Assembly (NCBI GenBank): GCA_965197855.1 | Contig: OZ240230.1 | Span: 1,259,950-1,323,949, forward strand | Source of the DNA: Bdellovibrionales bacterium | Lineage (GTDB): Bacteria > Bdellovibrionota > Bdellovibrionia > Bdellovibrionales > UBA1609 | Length of the DNA stretch: 64,000 nt | Reading direction: 5' to 3' | Shown here: in pieces, positions 17,567 through 28,023 of the stretch | How the letters are laid out: every line of letters begins with the position of its first letter | Numbering within the stretch: position 1 is the first letter of the stretch | Made by a program: the position numbers and the translations under genes | The notes under the pieces: model-generated | Seen by the model: only the letters and a program-made list of their open reading frames with translations | The model's database searches: none | Told to the model about the DNA's origin: nothing

Positions 17567-20500
17567 ATGAAAAATTCAATTAAAAATTTTTATGGATTCA
17601 ATCATCCTTCGTCTATAGCTGTCTATTTGAATGAACATCCTCAGGATGGACCTCATATTATAGAGACAGATGAGTCTTTATTTGATTCTATTGAGGAAAG
17701 TTTTCTTTTTTTTAATCCTGAGCAAAATATTTATAAACTGCCGGCCATGGACCCTTGGTTTCCTTCACAAGTTCTGACACTTAAGAGGCTCAGATGGCTT
17801 TATCAGGCGCTTTCTCCAAAATCTCAGGATGTTTTTCTTTGTTCACAAAAAAGTTTGAGTCAAAAAACTCTCCCTTCCGAAGAGTTTCAGAAGAATTTTA
17901 TTTTAATCGATCAAAATGCCAGACTTCCTTCTAATCAAACTTTATCTCAGTTAGGATATTTTCCCTCTGCACAAGTTGAAGAGTTAGGTTTTTTCAGCCG
18001 CCGCGGTTATATTTTGGATATATTTTCTCCCTGTTATTCTCACCCTGTGCGTATAGAGACAATAGGAGATGAGGTTAAGTCGATTCGTTTTTTTTCTGCA
18101 CATACAGGGCGCAGTCTCAAGAATACGTCTTCTGTAAAGATTATTCCGGCTATGGAGCTTATCTTTGATTCTGAATCCAGATTTCAGGCCATTCAACAGT
18201 TAAAGTCCATTCAAAAAGATGTTTATGATTTCCCTGATCACTTTATAAAGAAATTAGCGAGAGGCCAATTTTTCCCTGAGGTCTCTTTAATGGCCGGATT
18301 TTTTTATAAATCTCCTGCGGTGGCTTTGGATTTTTTTAAAATCCCTTATACATTGTGGTCAGATGAAAAGACAATCAAAGAAGATCAAGGTCTTCTTCCT
18401 GGGTCTTTCGAACATGCCCCTGAAAAAAAGAAAAATTTCGCTGTTGAGCAAAAAAACTTTCATTCTGTTCTCATTGAAAATTTTTTTAGTAAAGAATTAA
18501 GAAATTCTCCTTCAAAAATTTCTTTATATCCGATCATTCATGAAAACAAAAATATATGGCCTGTAAAAATTTTAAAAAATTTGTCATGGTCTTCTTTAAA
18601 GAAAATAAAAACCTGCATTTTTATTGGATTTTCCCATGAAGTACAGTTAGAAAGAATTCAGTTTTACTTAAATAAGGAAGGTTTTGAAACTTGTGTGATG
18701 TCCGGCCAGGAAAGATTTTGGAAAACATGGCAGGAAGAGCAATTTCAAAGTTCTAAGATTTATCTTATTCCTGCATTGATTCCCTATCATTTTGAAATGG
18801 GCTCTTCTTGTTTTTTAAGTGGAGGGCTTTTGCTTGGTAAAGTTGGCTCTTCTGTTTCCAAACAACGTGTTTTTACATCTTTTAAAGCAAATGCTTTAAA
18901 CTTTTCTGACATAAAAGAGGGGGATTTATTGGTAGATCGCCTCTATGGGGTGGGCCTTTATAAAGGTTTGAAAAAACTTACTTTAAGTATAGTAGAGGGT
19001 GAATACATTGAGCTGGAATATAAAGATAAGAATAAACTTTATATTCCCGTTTCTCAATTGGGGCGTCTCTTTCATTTCAAATCCAGTCTTTCCACAAAGA
19101 TTTTAGATTCACTGGGAAATTCTCAGTGGATTCAAAAAATGGCACAAGCCAAGAGAACTCTTCAACAAATGGTGTTAGAGCTGTTAAAGCTTTACTCGGC
19201 AAGATCACGTGCCCAGCGTCCTCCTTTTCTCGAACCTAGTGCAGATATGAAAAGTTTTGAAGATCAGTTTCCTTTTGAAGAAACTCCGGATCAGTTAAAA
19301 TCTATACAAGATGTTTTAGGGGATATGAGAAAACCTCAACCTATGGAGAGATTGATTATCGGAGATTCCGGGTATGGAAAAACAGAAGTGGCAATAAGAG
19401 CGGCCTTTAAAGCTGTGGAGGATGGTTTTCAGGTAGCATTTCTGGCTCCCACCACTATTTTAAGTTTACAGCATTTTGAAAATTTCAAACAAAGATTTTC
19501 CAATTGGCCTATGCGGATTGAACTTGTCAATCGCTTAGTACCTCCTTTAAAAGTGAAAAATATTTTGAAAGATTTATCTCAAAATAAAGTTGATATTTTA
19601 ATTGGAAGTCACCGACTGTTAAGCTCGGATGTGCAGTTTAATAAACTAGGGCTTTTAGTTATTGATGAAGAACATCGGTTTGGTGTCAGACAAAAAGAAA
19701 AATTAAAAAAGATACGAACAGGGGTGGATTATATTTATATGTCTGCAACGCCTATTCCTCGCACCCTTCATTTAAGTTTAAGCGGAATGAAAGATATAAG
19801 TATTATCAGTACTCCTCCTAAAAATCGTATTCGTCCGGAAGTGTTTGTTCTTTCTTTTCAACAAGAGAAAATAAAGCGTGCTATTGAACAAGAATTAAGC
19901 AGGGGAGGGCAGGTGATTTTTGTACATAATCGCATTCAGAGTTTAAATGCTGTACAAGATAAATTAGAAAAAATTCTTCCTGGTATTCAAATGACCGTGG
20001 TTCATGGGCAAATGGAAGAACGGGTATTAGAGGAAAATATATTAAAATTTTTCAATCATAAATGTGATTTACTTCTCTGCACCACTATTGTTGAAACAGG
20101 TATGGATTTTCAGAGAGCTAATACCATTATCATCAATGATGCGCATCTTTTGGGTTTGAGTCAGCTTTATCAATTAAGGGGGCGTGTGGGGAGAAGAGCG
20201 CATGTAAAACCTTATTGTTATTTTGTTGTTCCGGAGCCTTTACTTTCTGATTCTTCCATAGTGGACCGCTTAAACTTTCTACAAACTCACAATCAATATA
20301 ATAGCGGTTATCAGGTGGCTCGCTATGATTTGGAGACTCGCGGGGGCGGGGAGTTTTTGGGGTCCAAGCAGTCAGGACATTTACAAAATATTGGATATGA
20401 TCTTTACTTGGAAATGCTTGAAGATTGTATTCATCCACAGGAAATGGCATGGGAGCCGGAGCTGAGGCTTCCCTGGCCGGCTTTTATTCCTGCGAACTAT

Positions 20501-20827
20501 ATGCCGTCTGATAAAATACGTTTAATGTATTACAAATATTTATGTGATTTACAGGATATCAATAAATTGGAAGAGTTGGAAGTGGAGTGGCAGGATAGCT
20601 TTGGCCCTTTTCCTCAAGAGGTGAAGAATTTATTAGGTCAAATTCGTATTTTACAAAAATGTAAAGAGCTTAAGATTAAAGAACTAAAAGTGTTAAGTAA
20701 TTTTGTTTATGTGACTTATGTAGATCCTTCTTTAAAACAAGAAAAATTTAGTTTGGATAAGGATTTCTCATGGCTAGACGTCTACGATATTTTATCCCAG
20801 TTGGGTAAAGATACACATGTTACATAA
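17567..20827 (+). CDS. mfd: Transcription-repair coupling factor
   Basis: [11 protein letters not shown], CarD-like [42 protein letters not shown] tail. Confidence 0.93.
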   Translation: MKNSIKNFYGFNHPSSIAVYLNEHPQDGPHIIETDESLFDSIEESFLFFNPEQNIYKLPAMDPWFPSQVLTLKRLRWLYQALSPKSQDVFLCSQKSLSQKTLPSEEFQKNFILIDQNARLPSNQTLSQLGYFPSAQVEELGFFSRRGYILDIFSPCYSHPVRIETIGDEVKSIRFFSAHTGRSLKNTSSVKIIPAMELIFDSESRFQAIQQLKSIQKDVYDFPDHFIKKLARGQFFPEVSLMAGFFYKSPAVALDFFKIPYTLWSDEKTIKEDQGLLPGSFEHAPEKKKNFAVEQKNFHSVLIENFFSKELRNSPSKISLYPIIHENKNIWPVKILKNLSWSSLKKIKTCIFIGFSHEVQLERIQFYLNKEGFETCVMSGQERFWKTWQEEQFQSSKIYLIPALIPYHFEMGSSCFLSGGLLLGKVGSSVSKQRVFTSFKANALNFSDIKEGDLLVDRLYGVGLYKGLKKLTLSIVEGEYIELEYKDKNKLYIPVSQLGRLFHFKSSLSTKILDSLGNSQWIQKMAQAKRTLQQMVLELLKLYSARSRAQRPPFLEPSADMKSFEDQFPFEETPDQLKSIQDVLGDMRKPQPMERLIIGDSGYGKTEVAIRAAFKAVEDGFQVAFLAPTTILSLQHFENFKQRFSNWPMRIELVNRLVPPLKVKNILKDLSQNKVDILIGSHRLLSSDVQFNKLGLLVIDEEHRFGVRQKEKLKKIRTGVDYIYMSATPIPRTLHLSLSGMKDISIISTPPKNRIRPEVFVLSFQQEKIKRAIEQELSRGGQVIFVHNRIQSLNAVQDKLEKILPGIQMTVVHGQMEERVLEENILKFFNHKCDLLLCTTIVETGMDFQRANTIIINDAHLLGLSQLYQLRGRVGRRAHVKPYCYFVVPEPLLSDSSIVDRLNFLQTHNQYNSGYQVARYDLETRGGGEFLGSKQSGHLQNIGYDLYLEMLEDCIHPQEMAWEPELRLPWPAFIPANYMPSDKIRLMYYKYLCDLQDINKLEELEVEWQDSFGPFPQEVKNLLGQIRILQKCKELKIKELKVLSNFVYVTYVDPSLKQEKFSLDKDFSWLDVYDILSQLGKDTHVT

Positions 20828-22886
20828 GGTTTTTTTTGATGGACTCAGGCAGTATGTCGTAGCCGGTCATTTCCATTGAAAAACTGGCGCGACCCTGAGT
20901 GAGTGAGCGAAGTTGAGTGGCATAGCCAATTAAATGTAATAAAGGGGCTTTGGCCTGAACCACTTGAAGATTGTTCTTGTTATAAATTTCTCCAATTTGT
21001 CCTCGTCTGGCATTGAGGTCGCCAATAACGTCACCAATAAATTCTTCCGGAGTTAAAATTTCTATTTTAAAAATGGGTTCAAGCATTTGCCCTTTGGCTT
21101 TTTTAGCTCCCATATGGAAGGCTTGCGAAGCACAAACTTTAAAAGCTAATTCTGAGGATTCACCTTCTTTATATTCCCATTGAATAATGTTAATTCCCAC
21201 ATCTTGTAAGGGGTAGCCGGAGACAACACCTACAGAAGAGGACTCCATAATACCTTCTTTTATAGAATCTAAAAAGTTTTTAGGAATATCTGGAATTTTA
21301 TTTTGAATTTGAATTCCTTTTCCTCTTCTAATAGGGTAAACTTCCAAATTGAGCCTGGCATATTGTTTTTTTCCGGCAACTTCTTTCTCAAATGTATGCT
21401 TCATTTGGCTTTTGTTAAGAAGTGTTTCTCTAAAGAAGACCTGAGGTTTACCTACATTTATTTTTATTTTAAAATCATTTTTTAATCGGTGAATAAGAAC
21501 TTCCAAATGTAGTTCACCCATACCTTCGATAAGAGTTTGTCCCGTTTCCGCATTGGATCTTACTGAAAATGAAGGGTCTTCTTTTCGTAAAATATCTAAA
21601 GCTGTTGTCATTTTCTTCTGTTCAGATAAAGACCCCGCTTCCACAGCTATGGAAATAACAGGTTCCGGGAAATCAATAGATTCCAATAAAAGAGGTTCTT
21701 CCTGACTGCAAAGGGTGTCTCCTGTGCGTGTCCATTTCAAACCTAAAACAGCACCAATATCTCCGGCTTTTAAAACAGATACTTCTTGTTTGGAATGAGA
21801 ATGCATTTTAACTAACTTGCTGATTCTTTCTTTTTTATTTTCTCTGGAATTAAAAAGAGTGGCCCCTGTCTTTATTTCACCTGAATACACTCGTATATAA
21901 GTCATTGTGCCGGTAAAAGAGTCCACTTCAATTTTAAAAGCTAAGGCTGTAGGAGTTTCTTTAAAACTTGTTTTCTTGGATATGTTTTGGTCATTAGTTG
22001 TTCCTGATACAGGTGGGACATCCAAGGGGCTTGGCAGGTAATCTGAAATGGCATCCAGAATAAGTTGCACTCCTTTATTTTTAAAGGCGGAGCCACATAA
22101 AACAGGGGTTATTTTAAGTTGTAGGGTGAGTTTTCGAATAGATTCTTTTATTTCCTGCTCAGAAATAACTTCTTCCTTAATAAATTTTTCCATTAAGAAC
22201 TCATCCAATTCACATAAATTTTCCAGCATTTGTTCGCGTAATTGTTTTACTTTTTCTTGGTATTCTTGAGGAATCTCATCTGTTTTTATGGAATCACCCA
22301 GCTCTGTGGGCCATGTGTAAAGCTGACAGGAAATAAGATCAATAATACCTGAAAAATTTTCACCTCCAAAAGGGTATTGGATCATAAGTGGATTGGCTCC
22401 TAATTTCTTTTGAATCGATTGGACACTAGATGAAAAGTCAGCTCCGATTCGATCTAGTTTATTAATAAAACAAATTCGAGGCACTTGATGTTTATCTGCC
22501 TGTCTCCATACAGTTTCTGATTGAGGTTCCACTCCATGCACGCCATCAAACACAGCAATGGCTCCATCCAAAACACGGAGGCTTCGTTCCACTTCTACAG
22601 TGAAATCAACATGGCCGGGAGTATCTATAATATTAATCATGCAGTTTTTCCAGGAACAGGTTGTGGCGGCAGATGTAATAGTGATTCCTCTTTCCTGTTC
22701 TTGTTCCATCCAGTCCATCACGGTATTTCCATCGTGTACTTCTCCCATTTTGTAACTGCGGCCTGTGTAAAATAAGATACGTTCGGTCAGAGTGGTTTTA
22801 CCCGCGTCAATATGAGCCATAATGCCAATATTTCTGGTTTGTTTTAAATCTTCTTCAGTTTGAATTTGAAAAATAGGTACAGCCAC
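20820..22886 (-). CDS. fusA: Elongation factor G (stand-alone paralog)
   Basis: [38 protein letters not shown]. Confidence 0.95.
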   Translation of the reverse strand: MAVPIFQIQTEEDLKQTRNIGIMAHIDAGKTTLTERILFYTGRSYKMGEVHDGNTVMDWMEQEQERGITITSAATTCSWKNCMINIIDTPGHVDFTVEVERSLRVLDGAIAVFDGVHGVEPQSETVWRQADKHQVPRICFINKLDRIGADFSSSVQSIQKKLGANPLMIQYPFGGENFSGIIDLISCQLYTWPTELGDSIKTDEIPQEYQEKVKQLREQMLENLCELDEFLMEKFIKEEVISEQEIKESIRKLTLQLKITPVLCGSAFKNKGVQLILDAISDYLPSPLDVPPVSGTTNDQNISKKTSFKETPTALAFKIEVDSFTGTMTYIRVYSGEIKTGATLFNSRENKKERISKLVKMHSHSKQEVSVLKAGDIGAVLGLKWTRTGDTLCSQEEPLLLESIDFPEPVISIAVEAGSLSEQKKMTTALDILRKEDPSFSVRSNAETGQTLIEGMGELHLEVLIHRLKNDFKIKINVGKPQVFFRETLLNKSQMKHTFEKEVAGKKQYARLNLEVYPIRRGKGIQIQNKIPDIPKNFLDSIKEGIMESSSVGVVSGYPLQDVGINIIQWEYKEGESSELAFKVCASQAFHMGAKKAKGQMLEPIFKIEILTPEEFIGDVIGDLNARRGQIGEIYNKNNLQVVQAKAPLLHLIGYATQLRSLTQGRASFSMEMTGYDILPESIKKNLM

Positions 22887-22974
22887 TTTAAAGGTCCGTT
22901 TTTTAAGAAAATATATATTTTGATGAACGAGGATACTTTATCATTGAGGATCTTTTCTTGCAATATCAATAGGA

Positions 22975-23772
22975 TCAGCGGTTTCTTTTATAAGACCGCA
23001 CATCTCTTTTATGTCCTTCGAAGTCTGTATTAAAGGCATGTGTTCCATCATTTTGGCTGACAAAATAAAAATAGGAAGTTCTTTCTGGCTCTAAAACAGC
23101 TTCAAGGGAGCTTCGATTAGGGTTGGATATGGGGCCTGCAGGAAAGTCTGCTACAGTATAGGTATTGTAAGGGTTGTGTGCTTTAAAATCGCTTTTGTAA
23201 AGGCGGGATGGTTTAACACCTGTTGTTACTAAAATACCATAGGAAACAGTGGGATCACTTTGAAGTTTCATGCCTACTTGAATTCGATTATGAAATACAG
23301 AAGCAATACGTGGCTTTTCCCAGTCTTTTAAACTTTCCTGTTCTACAATACTGGCTAAGGTGACCACTTCATGACGGGAAAAATCAGATTGAAAATAAGA
23401 CAGTTCCTCGTAAACTCTTAAAAAATTTTTTACCATTATTCGTAAAAGTTCTTTCGCATCCATATCTTCGGTAATGGTATATGTTTTAGGGTATAGATAA
23501 CCTTCTACACTTTCGACATTATCTCTCAATACAGAAAAAACGAAGTTTTCGTTAGTGGCCGCATCTAAAAATTCATCTTTGGAAAACAGTTGTTGACGCT
23601 CTAGTTGATTTGCAATTTCAAACATATTTGTTCGATTTGCCAATGTATAAGTTCCTAGAACTTTTCCTCTTGGTTGGGTTCTTTCTATTCTTGAGCTATA
23701 ACTGCCTACGTATGTATTTCTGGCACAGTGACAGAGAAAGAAAAGAATCAATAAATATCCACTTATTTTCAT
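22975..23772 (-). CDS. mltG: Endolytic transglycosylase MltG (short form)
   Basis: EGYLYPKTY, LASIVEQE, LQSDPTV, PYNTY, PAGPISNP, YFVS. Confidence 0.88.
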   Translation of the reverse strand: MKISGYLLILFFLCHCARNTYVGSYSSRIERTQPRGKVLGTYTLANRTNMFEIANQLERQQLFSKDEFLDAATNENFVFSVLRDNVESVEGYLYPKTYTITEDMDAKELLRIMVKNFLRVYEELSYFQSDFSRHEVVTLASIVEQESLKDWEKPRIASVFHNRIQVGMKLQSDPTVSYGILVTTGVKPSRLYKSDFKAHNPYNTYTVADFPAGPISNPNRSSLEAVLEPERTSYFYFVSQNDGTHAFNTDFEGHKRDVRSYKRNR

Positions 23773-23942
23773 AACTAGGACTTTAATCGGTTTTTCCAGA
23801 CCTTTTTGTTAAGTTTTAGGGATTTATGAGATGTCAAAAATACAAAAGAAAAATGCTTGTTTGTGGAGTGAAAAAATATTCTTTTTTTATTAAATAAAAC
23901 TAAAGTTTCTTATGTTATTATTCCGAAAGGAGATATTCTGTT

Positions 23943-24404
23943 TTGAGAAGATGCTTTTTTCTATTTATTTTGATAGGTTTGTTCATAGGTTGTAGTTCAG
24001 CGGTAGAGCTTGAATATCCTTTGGCGACTCCAGAGGATCCCCCTAAGGGTGAGGAGACTACTCCGGTAAAAGCAGATGTTTATCTGGGTCGATATAAGAC
24101 TTGTGAAATGTATGCTCAGTATTTTAAATCTCAAGTTGGTTTTTTTGCCCGGGTGTTTATTATGAGTTGGGCTCAGTATTTACAGGATTTTTCGACAGTC
24201 AAATGTAAAATGGCTCATACATGTCAGTGCGAATCCAACCAATATTTTGCAGAAGATTTTGGAGGCATCAGAGATCCTATTTATAGATGTATTGAAGCTC
24301 CTTCAGCAGGTGTGGAATCAGAGGAAATTTATGCTCCTAATGAGAGTTTTTCTAATGCTGGCGTGATTAAATTTGCACTGCCTCGCTCGTATTGTGAAAA
24401 GTAA
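23943..24404 (+). CDS. Hypothetical lipoprotein
   Basis: LFIGC lipobox; Cys-rich. Confidence 0.65.
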   Translation: MRRCFFLFILIGLFIGCSSAVELEYPLATPEDPPKGEETTPVKADVYLGRYKTCEMYAQYFKSQVGFFARVFIMSWAQYLQDFSTVKCKMAHTCQCESNQYFAEDFGGIRDPIYRCIEAPSAGVESEEIYAPNESFSNAGVIKFALPRSYCEK

Positions 24405-24623
24405 AGTTTTTTTTAAGTAAGTGATTTTGTGGATTTTTTTGTTTTAGAGAAATGAATAGGCTTGTAAAATAGAAAAGTTGCTATGTACTTTTTACTTTAT
24501 TTTGGTACAATTATTTGAAGTAAGCGTGTAAAATTTACACTTTTGAAAATAAATCTGGATTTTTTTATCTATTTATATCAAAGTGAACTGGTTTTTTATT
24601 ATTAAAGATAAGGCAGGTGTGTA

Positions 24624-25667
24624 ATGGACAGGAGTCAAGTTCTTATATGGTTATTGTGTTTCAGTGTTGCTCCTTTCTGGGGTGTTTCTGAAATAGAAGA
24701 AGTTTCTTCTGAATTATTGGAGATTTCTGAGGAGGGATTACATTCAGCGTTTGGTTCATTGTCAGAAGAGGTTCAAAGTGAATTGAATTGGAAGCGAAGA
24801 GTGATTGACGCTATAGATACAACCAGGGAAGTCAATGAAGCTTTAGGTTTTCATGATCCAGATTTAGGTATAGGGGACAAGACTATTGTAATGGGTACTT
24901 GGGCTTTAGCAGCAGGGAGTGTTTATTTTACACAAAGGGGTTGGGCTTCTGTTGTTAGACGGGTAACACCTGATCATTTACGTCCTAGAAATACAACTAC
25001 ATACAATAATATGAAAAAGCTTACTGGAGAATTATTTGATAAAGAAGTTGCATTAAAAAAGGCAGTGGAAGAAGCTGAGCCTGAGTCTTCTATACAAACT
25101 GAAGAAGGCAGGCAGTCGGCTACTGATACTGGGAAAGATGTGCCAGCTAAAGAAGGTGCAACTGCCGGTGCGACTGAGCAAACAGCGAAGGCAGAGGAAG
25201 CTAAACCAACAGGTGCGACTGAGCAAACAGCGAAGGCAGAGGAGACCAAACCAACAGGTGCGACTGAGAAACCTGCACAAGCTGAAGAAACCAGAGAAGC
25301 AGGGAAAAGGGCAAGAAAACAGAAGCCGCCTGTTTCTGTTACAAGTACAGACCAGCTGATAGACAATCAAAGAGCAGTTGTGAGTAATCTGGAAAAAGAT
25401 ATCGCTGGTATTAAAGCAAAATTAAAAAAGACTAGATTGGTAAACTTTAAAGGGCTTATGTCTAAAGGGTTTTATGGAACGGGACATTTGATTCGATGGG
25501 TTTCTATTGGTGGTTTATACTTGGGTGGCGTACTCGTACAAATTGCACTTGCTGGAGACGCTGTATTGATTGTCTTTGATACTATAGAAGATATAGATGC
25601 TTTAAGAGAACAATATGTAGCAGATATTGAAGCAGTGGTGAGAGAAGCTGCTTCTTATCAGCAATAA
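24624..25667 (+). CDS. Secreted/membrane hypothetical protein with internal 15-aa repeats
   Basis: Signal peptide, hydrophobic segments, GATEQTAKAEE(A/T)KPT x~3. Confidence 0.7.
   Translation: MDRSQVLIWLLCFSVAPFWGVSEIEEVSSELLEISEEGLHSAFGSLSEEVQSELNWKRRVIDAIDTTREVNEALGFHDPDLGIGDKTIVMGTWALAAGSVYFTQRGWASVVRRVTPDHLRPRNTTTYNNMKKLTGELFDKEVALKKAVEEAEPESSIQTEEGRQSATDTGKDVPAKEGATAGATEQTAKAEEAKPTGATEQTAKAEETKPTGATEKPAQAEETREAGKRARKQKPPVSVTSTDQLIDNQRAVVSNLEKDIAGIKAKLKKTRLVNFKGLMSKGFYGTGHLIRWVSIGGLYLGGVLVQIALAGDAVLIVFDTIEDIDALREQYVADIEAVVREAASYQQ
25167..25290 (+). repeat. 45-bp coding tandem repeat
   Basis: GGTGCGACTGAGCAAACAGCGAAGGCAGAGGA..CTAAACCAACA x2 plus a diverged third copy. Confidence 0.85.
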
Positions 25668-25697
25668 GCATCATTGATTTAAATTATTGAATGTTTA

Positions 25698-25729
25698 AAA
25701 AAAGGGTGCTCTTTCAGGCACCCTTTTTT
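25698..25729. terminator. Rho-independent terminator
   Basis: AAAAAAGGGTGC-loop-GCACCCTTTTTT. Confidence 0.85.
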
Positions 25730-25789
25730 AAAAGTATTCAGGGCTTTCTAAAAAGTAATTTGATACATATTTAAGGAAGGATTCGAATT

Positions 25790-26737
25790 ATGTATGGACA
25801 AGGAAAAATTCTCACCGGCTTATTTATATTCTTAAGTGTTTACGTGTATCCGCTATTTGCGGAAGCTCCTAACTATGTGAAGAACGCTTCGTTTTTAGTT
25901 CAATCTGTAGAAGAAAAAGTTCGTAAGCAATTTGGTGATGATACTTTACAAAGAATTCATGATTATGGCATAGAAATTCAAAAAAATGCTTATGAAATAA
26001 CAATGCAACTTTGTCCCGCTTATCGTGTGGCTATAGGTATGGGACTTCCTGATTATCATAAAAAATTCAACAATTCTTATTATGTTCACCATCAGTCACC
26101 TGAGGTGAGGAGTTGGGCTTTACAAATGAACAATGAATATGGTGAAGATTTGTCTTCATCTCTTCAGGCTTGGTTGTATGTAATGTATGAAGGAGGAGTG
26201 CAGTCTTTCTTAGCTCTTTTTGAAACAGGAATAAAAGGGGATTATATCAATGTCACGCACAAATCTTTTTTTGAGGTGAGGCGTTGGTTTCAATCTATGT
26301 ATACTCTCTATCTTGTAGATTCTTTAGGGTTTTCACAGGCGGCTATGCATTGCTTGAATACAGTAACAGATGCAGATGCTATTAATCAATTTACATATGC
26401 TGTGTTGGGTGTAGATATCTATATGAGTACAGTTGGATATGTTGCGATGATTTGGACCGGAGAACAAGTTTTTGGAGTTATAGTTCAAGGAATCCGATGG
26501 GCTTCTCGTCCTTTGGCAAGAGGGTTTGTAAAGTGGTTGCATCGTATGAATATATCTACGAGTACTGTTAAAAGATATGCTGTTATTTCTGGTGTTACTG
26601 CTTTAGGAGGTTTGGGTATTTGGACTGTTGATTCCATTCAGGAATCTCAGGAATCTCAAGAGCATGCGAATTTGTTGGGGGATGGGATGCAGGAAGAAGT
26701 TCGTCAGAGAAAAGAAGAAAATCATCAAAAGGAATAA
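25790..26737 (+). CDS. Secreted hypothetical protein with C-terminal hydrophobic helices
   Basis: Signal peptide ending LFA-E; two hydrophobic segments; RBS AAGGAAGG. Confidence 0.7.
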   Translation: MYGQGKILTGLFIFLSVYVYPLFAEAPNYVKNASFLVQSVEEKVRKQFGDDTLQRIHDYGIEIQKNAYEITMQLCPAYRVAIGMGLPDYHKKFNNSYYVHHQSPEVRSWALQMNNEYGEDLSSSLQAWLYVMYEGGVQSFLALFETGIKGDYINVTHKSFFEVRRWFQSMYTLYLVDSLGFSQAAMHCLNTVTDADAINQFTYAVLGVDIYMSTVGYVAMIWTGEQVFGVIVQGIRWASRPLARGFVKWLHRMNISTSTVKRYAVISGVTALGGLGIWTVDSIQESQESQEHANLLGDGMQEEVRQRKEENHQKE

Positions 26738-26754
26738 TAAATAATTCAAAATTC

Positions 26755-27270
26755 ATGTACGATTTAGAAATGAGTGTTTTAAAACCAGCTTTTCATTATT
26801 TATTGGCAATTATTTTAATTTTCTGTTCTTACAGCAGTACAGCTTGCGAATTAGAATTTTCTAAAATCACAAATAAAAAAAATATAGTAGAAAGAGCAAA
26901 AGATCAAGTCATCAGATCCCAAGAGAGTCTACAAAAATTTAAAAATAGAAGATTTGGTTTTTTTGCAGGTATTGTAAAAATTTTTGAAGAAGAACCACAA
27001 ATGAACGATCTGGCTATTCGTGTCTCTGGTGAATTTGAAGGCGACATTCGAGAGCCAACGAAAATTTTAATTATTGAACCTGCAAGTCGGGTGAAAGGTG
27101 ATGTTGATGTGCAAACTCTCATACTTCACGGGTATTTAGAGGGTCATGTCAAAGCTTCTGAAACAGTTGAAATGTCTTCTTCAGCTTATTTTAAAGGAAC
27201 TTTGGAAAGTCCTTCATTAAGTATTGAAATAGGAGCTGTTTTTAGAGGTGTCAGCCGTGTTTCAAAATAA
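26755..27270 (+). CDS. Bactofilin (polymer-forming cytoskeletal) domain protein with signal peptide
   Basis: IRVSGEFEGDI..LIIEPASRVKGDVDVQTLILHGYLEGHVKASETVEMSSSAYFKGTLESPSLSIEIGAVFRG; N-terminal hydrophobic peptide plus CELEFS. Confidence 0.85.
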   Translation: MYDLEMSVLKPAFHYLLAIILIFCSYSSTACELEFSKITNKKNIVERAKDQVIRSQESLQKFKNRRFGFFAGIVKIFEEEPQMNDLAIRVSGEFEGDIREPTKILIIEPASRVKGDVDVQTLILHGYLEGHVKASETVEMSSSAYFKGTLESPSLSIEIGAVFRGVSRVSK

Positions 27271-27464
27271 GCTTTTAATGCTGTTTTGTAATTTTAAAAA
27301 ATAAATCTTTTTTAGAAAATATTAAAAAATGTAGTTTTATAAAAATTATTACATTTTTTGCATGATTAAAAACTTCATTTTATTATTTAAAAAAATAACA
27401 AGAGCTAAAAAGAATTATTCTTGTGTTTTAAACGTGATTGTTGTAGTAATACAAAGGGTGAACT

Positions 27465-27890
27465 GTGTTTTTTGGTCTCAATTTAAAACAATTTTTATTG
27501 TTATTCATTTTATCTATTTTTTCTTTTTCTTCTTATAGTAGTGGCGGGGATAAGTGTGAGGAAGGATTATCTGGTCATTCTACAAATAATAATTCTGAAG
27601 GCAATTCATCGAGAGATGCAATAAATAAGGCTATGGCTGAATCTCTTTCTAAACCTGTTGAAGATTTGAATTCAAGTGAAATGGTCATTGCTGTGAAAGT
27701 TATAAATACCTTTAAAAAGGATGGTATTCTTACTTATGAAGATTTGGTTCGTAGAACAAGAGAGTATCTTTTAAGCATGCCAAATGTGGGTCAAAAATCT
27801 GTTAATAATATTGAAGAAGTACTTGCAATTGATGGTCTCTCTTTAGGAATGATAGATACGGAGCTTAATTTCATAATGTCATTTTTATAA
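27465..27890 (+). CDS. Signal-peptide protein with RNA polymerase alpha C-terminal domain
   Basis: KPVEDL..AVKVINTFKKDGILTYEDLVRRTREYLLSMPNVGQKSVNNIEEVLAIDGLSLGM aligns by eye to RpoA CTD. Confidence 0.85.
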   Translation: MFFGLNLKQFLLLFILSIFSFSSYSSGGDKCEEGLSGHSTNNNSEGNSSRDAINKAMAESLSKPVEDLNSSEMVIAVKVINTFKKDGILTYEDLVRRTREYLLSMPNVGQKSVNNIEEVLAIDGLSLGMIDTELNFIMSFL

Positions 27891-28023
27891 ACCGTGAAAT
27901 ATTTACATGTATTACATTTCAAGTATTGAAAGTATTTCACAAAGGATATTTTGTTATTGTGGTTTATCACTATATTGTGGTAATTAAATAGAGCATTTTC
28001 TTCATTTTCTAGGAGGGTGAACC

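Noticed and set aside
27465-27890. Genuine rpoA gene or fragment of the alpha operon
   Set aside because: No alpha-NTD, no rpsM/rpsK/rpsD/rplQ context, and a signal peptide is present.
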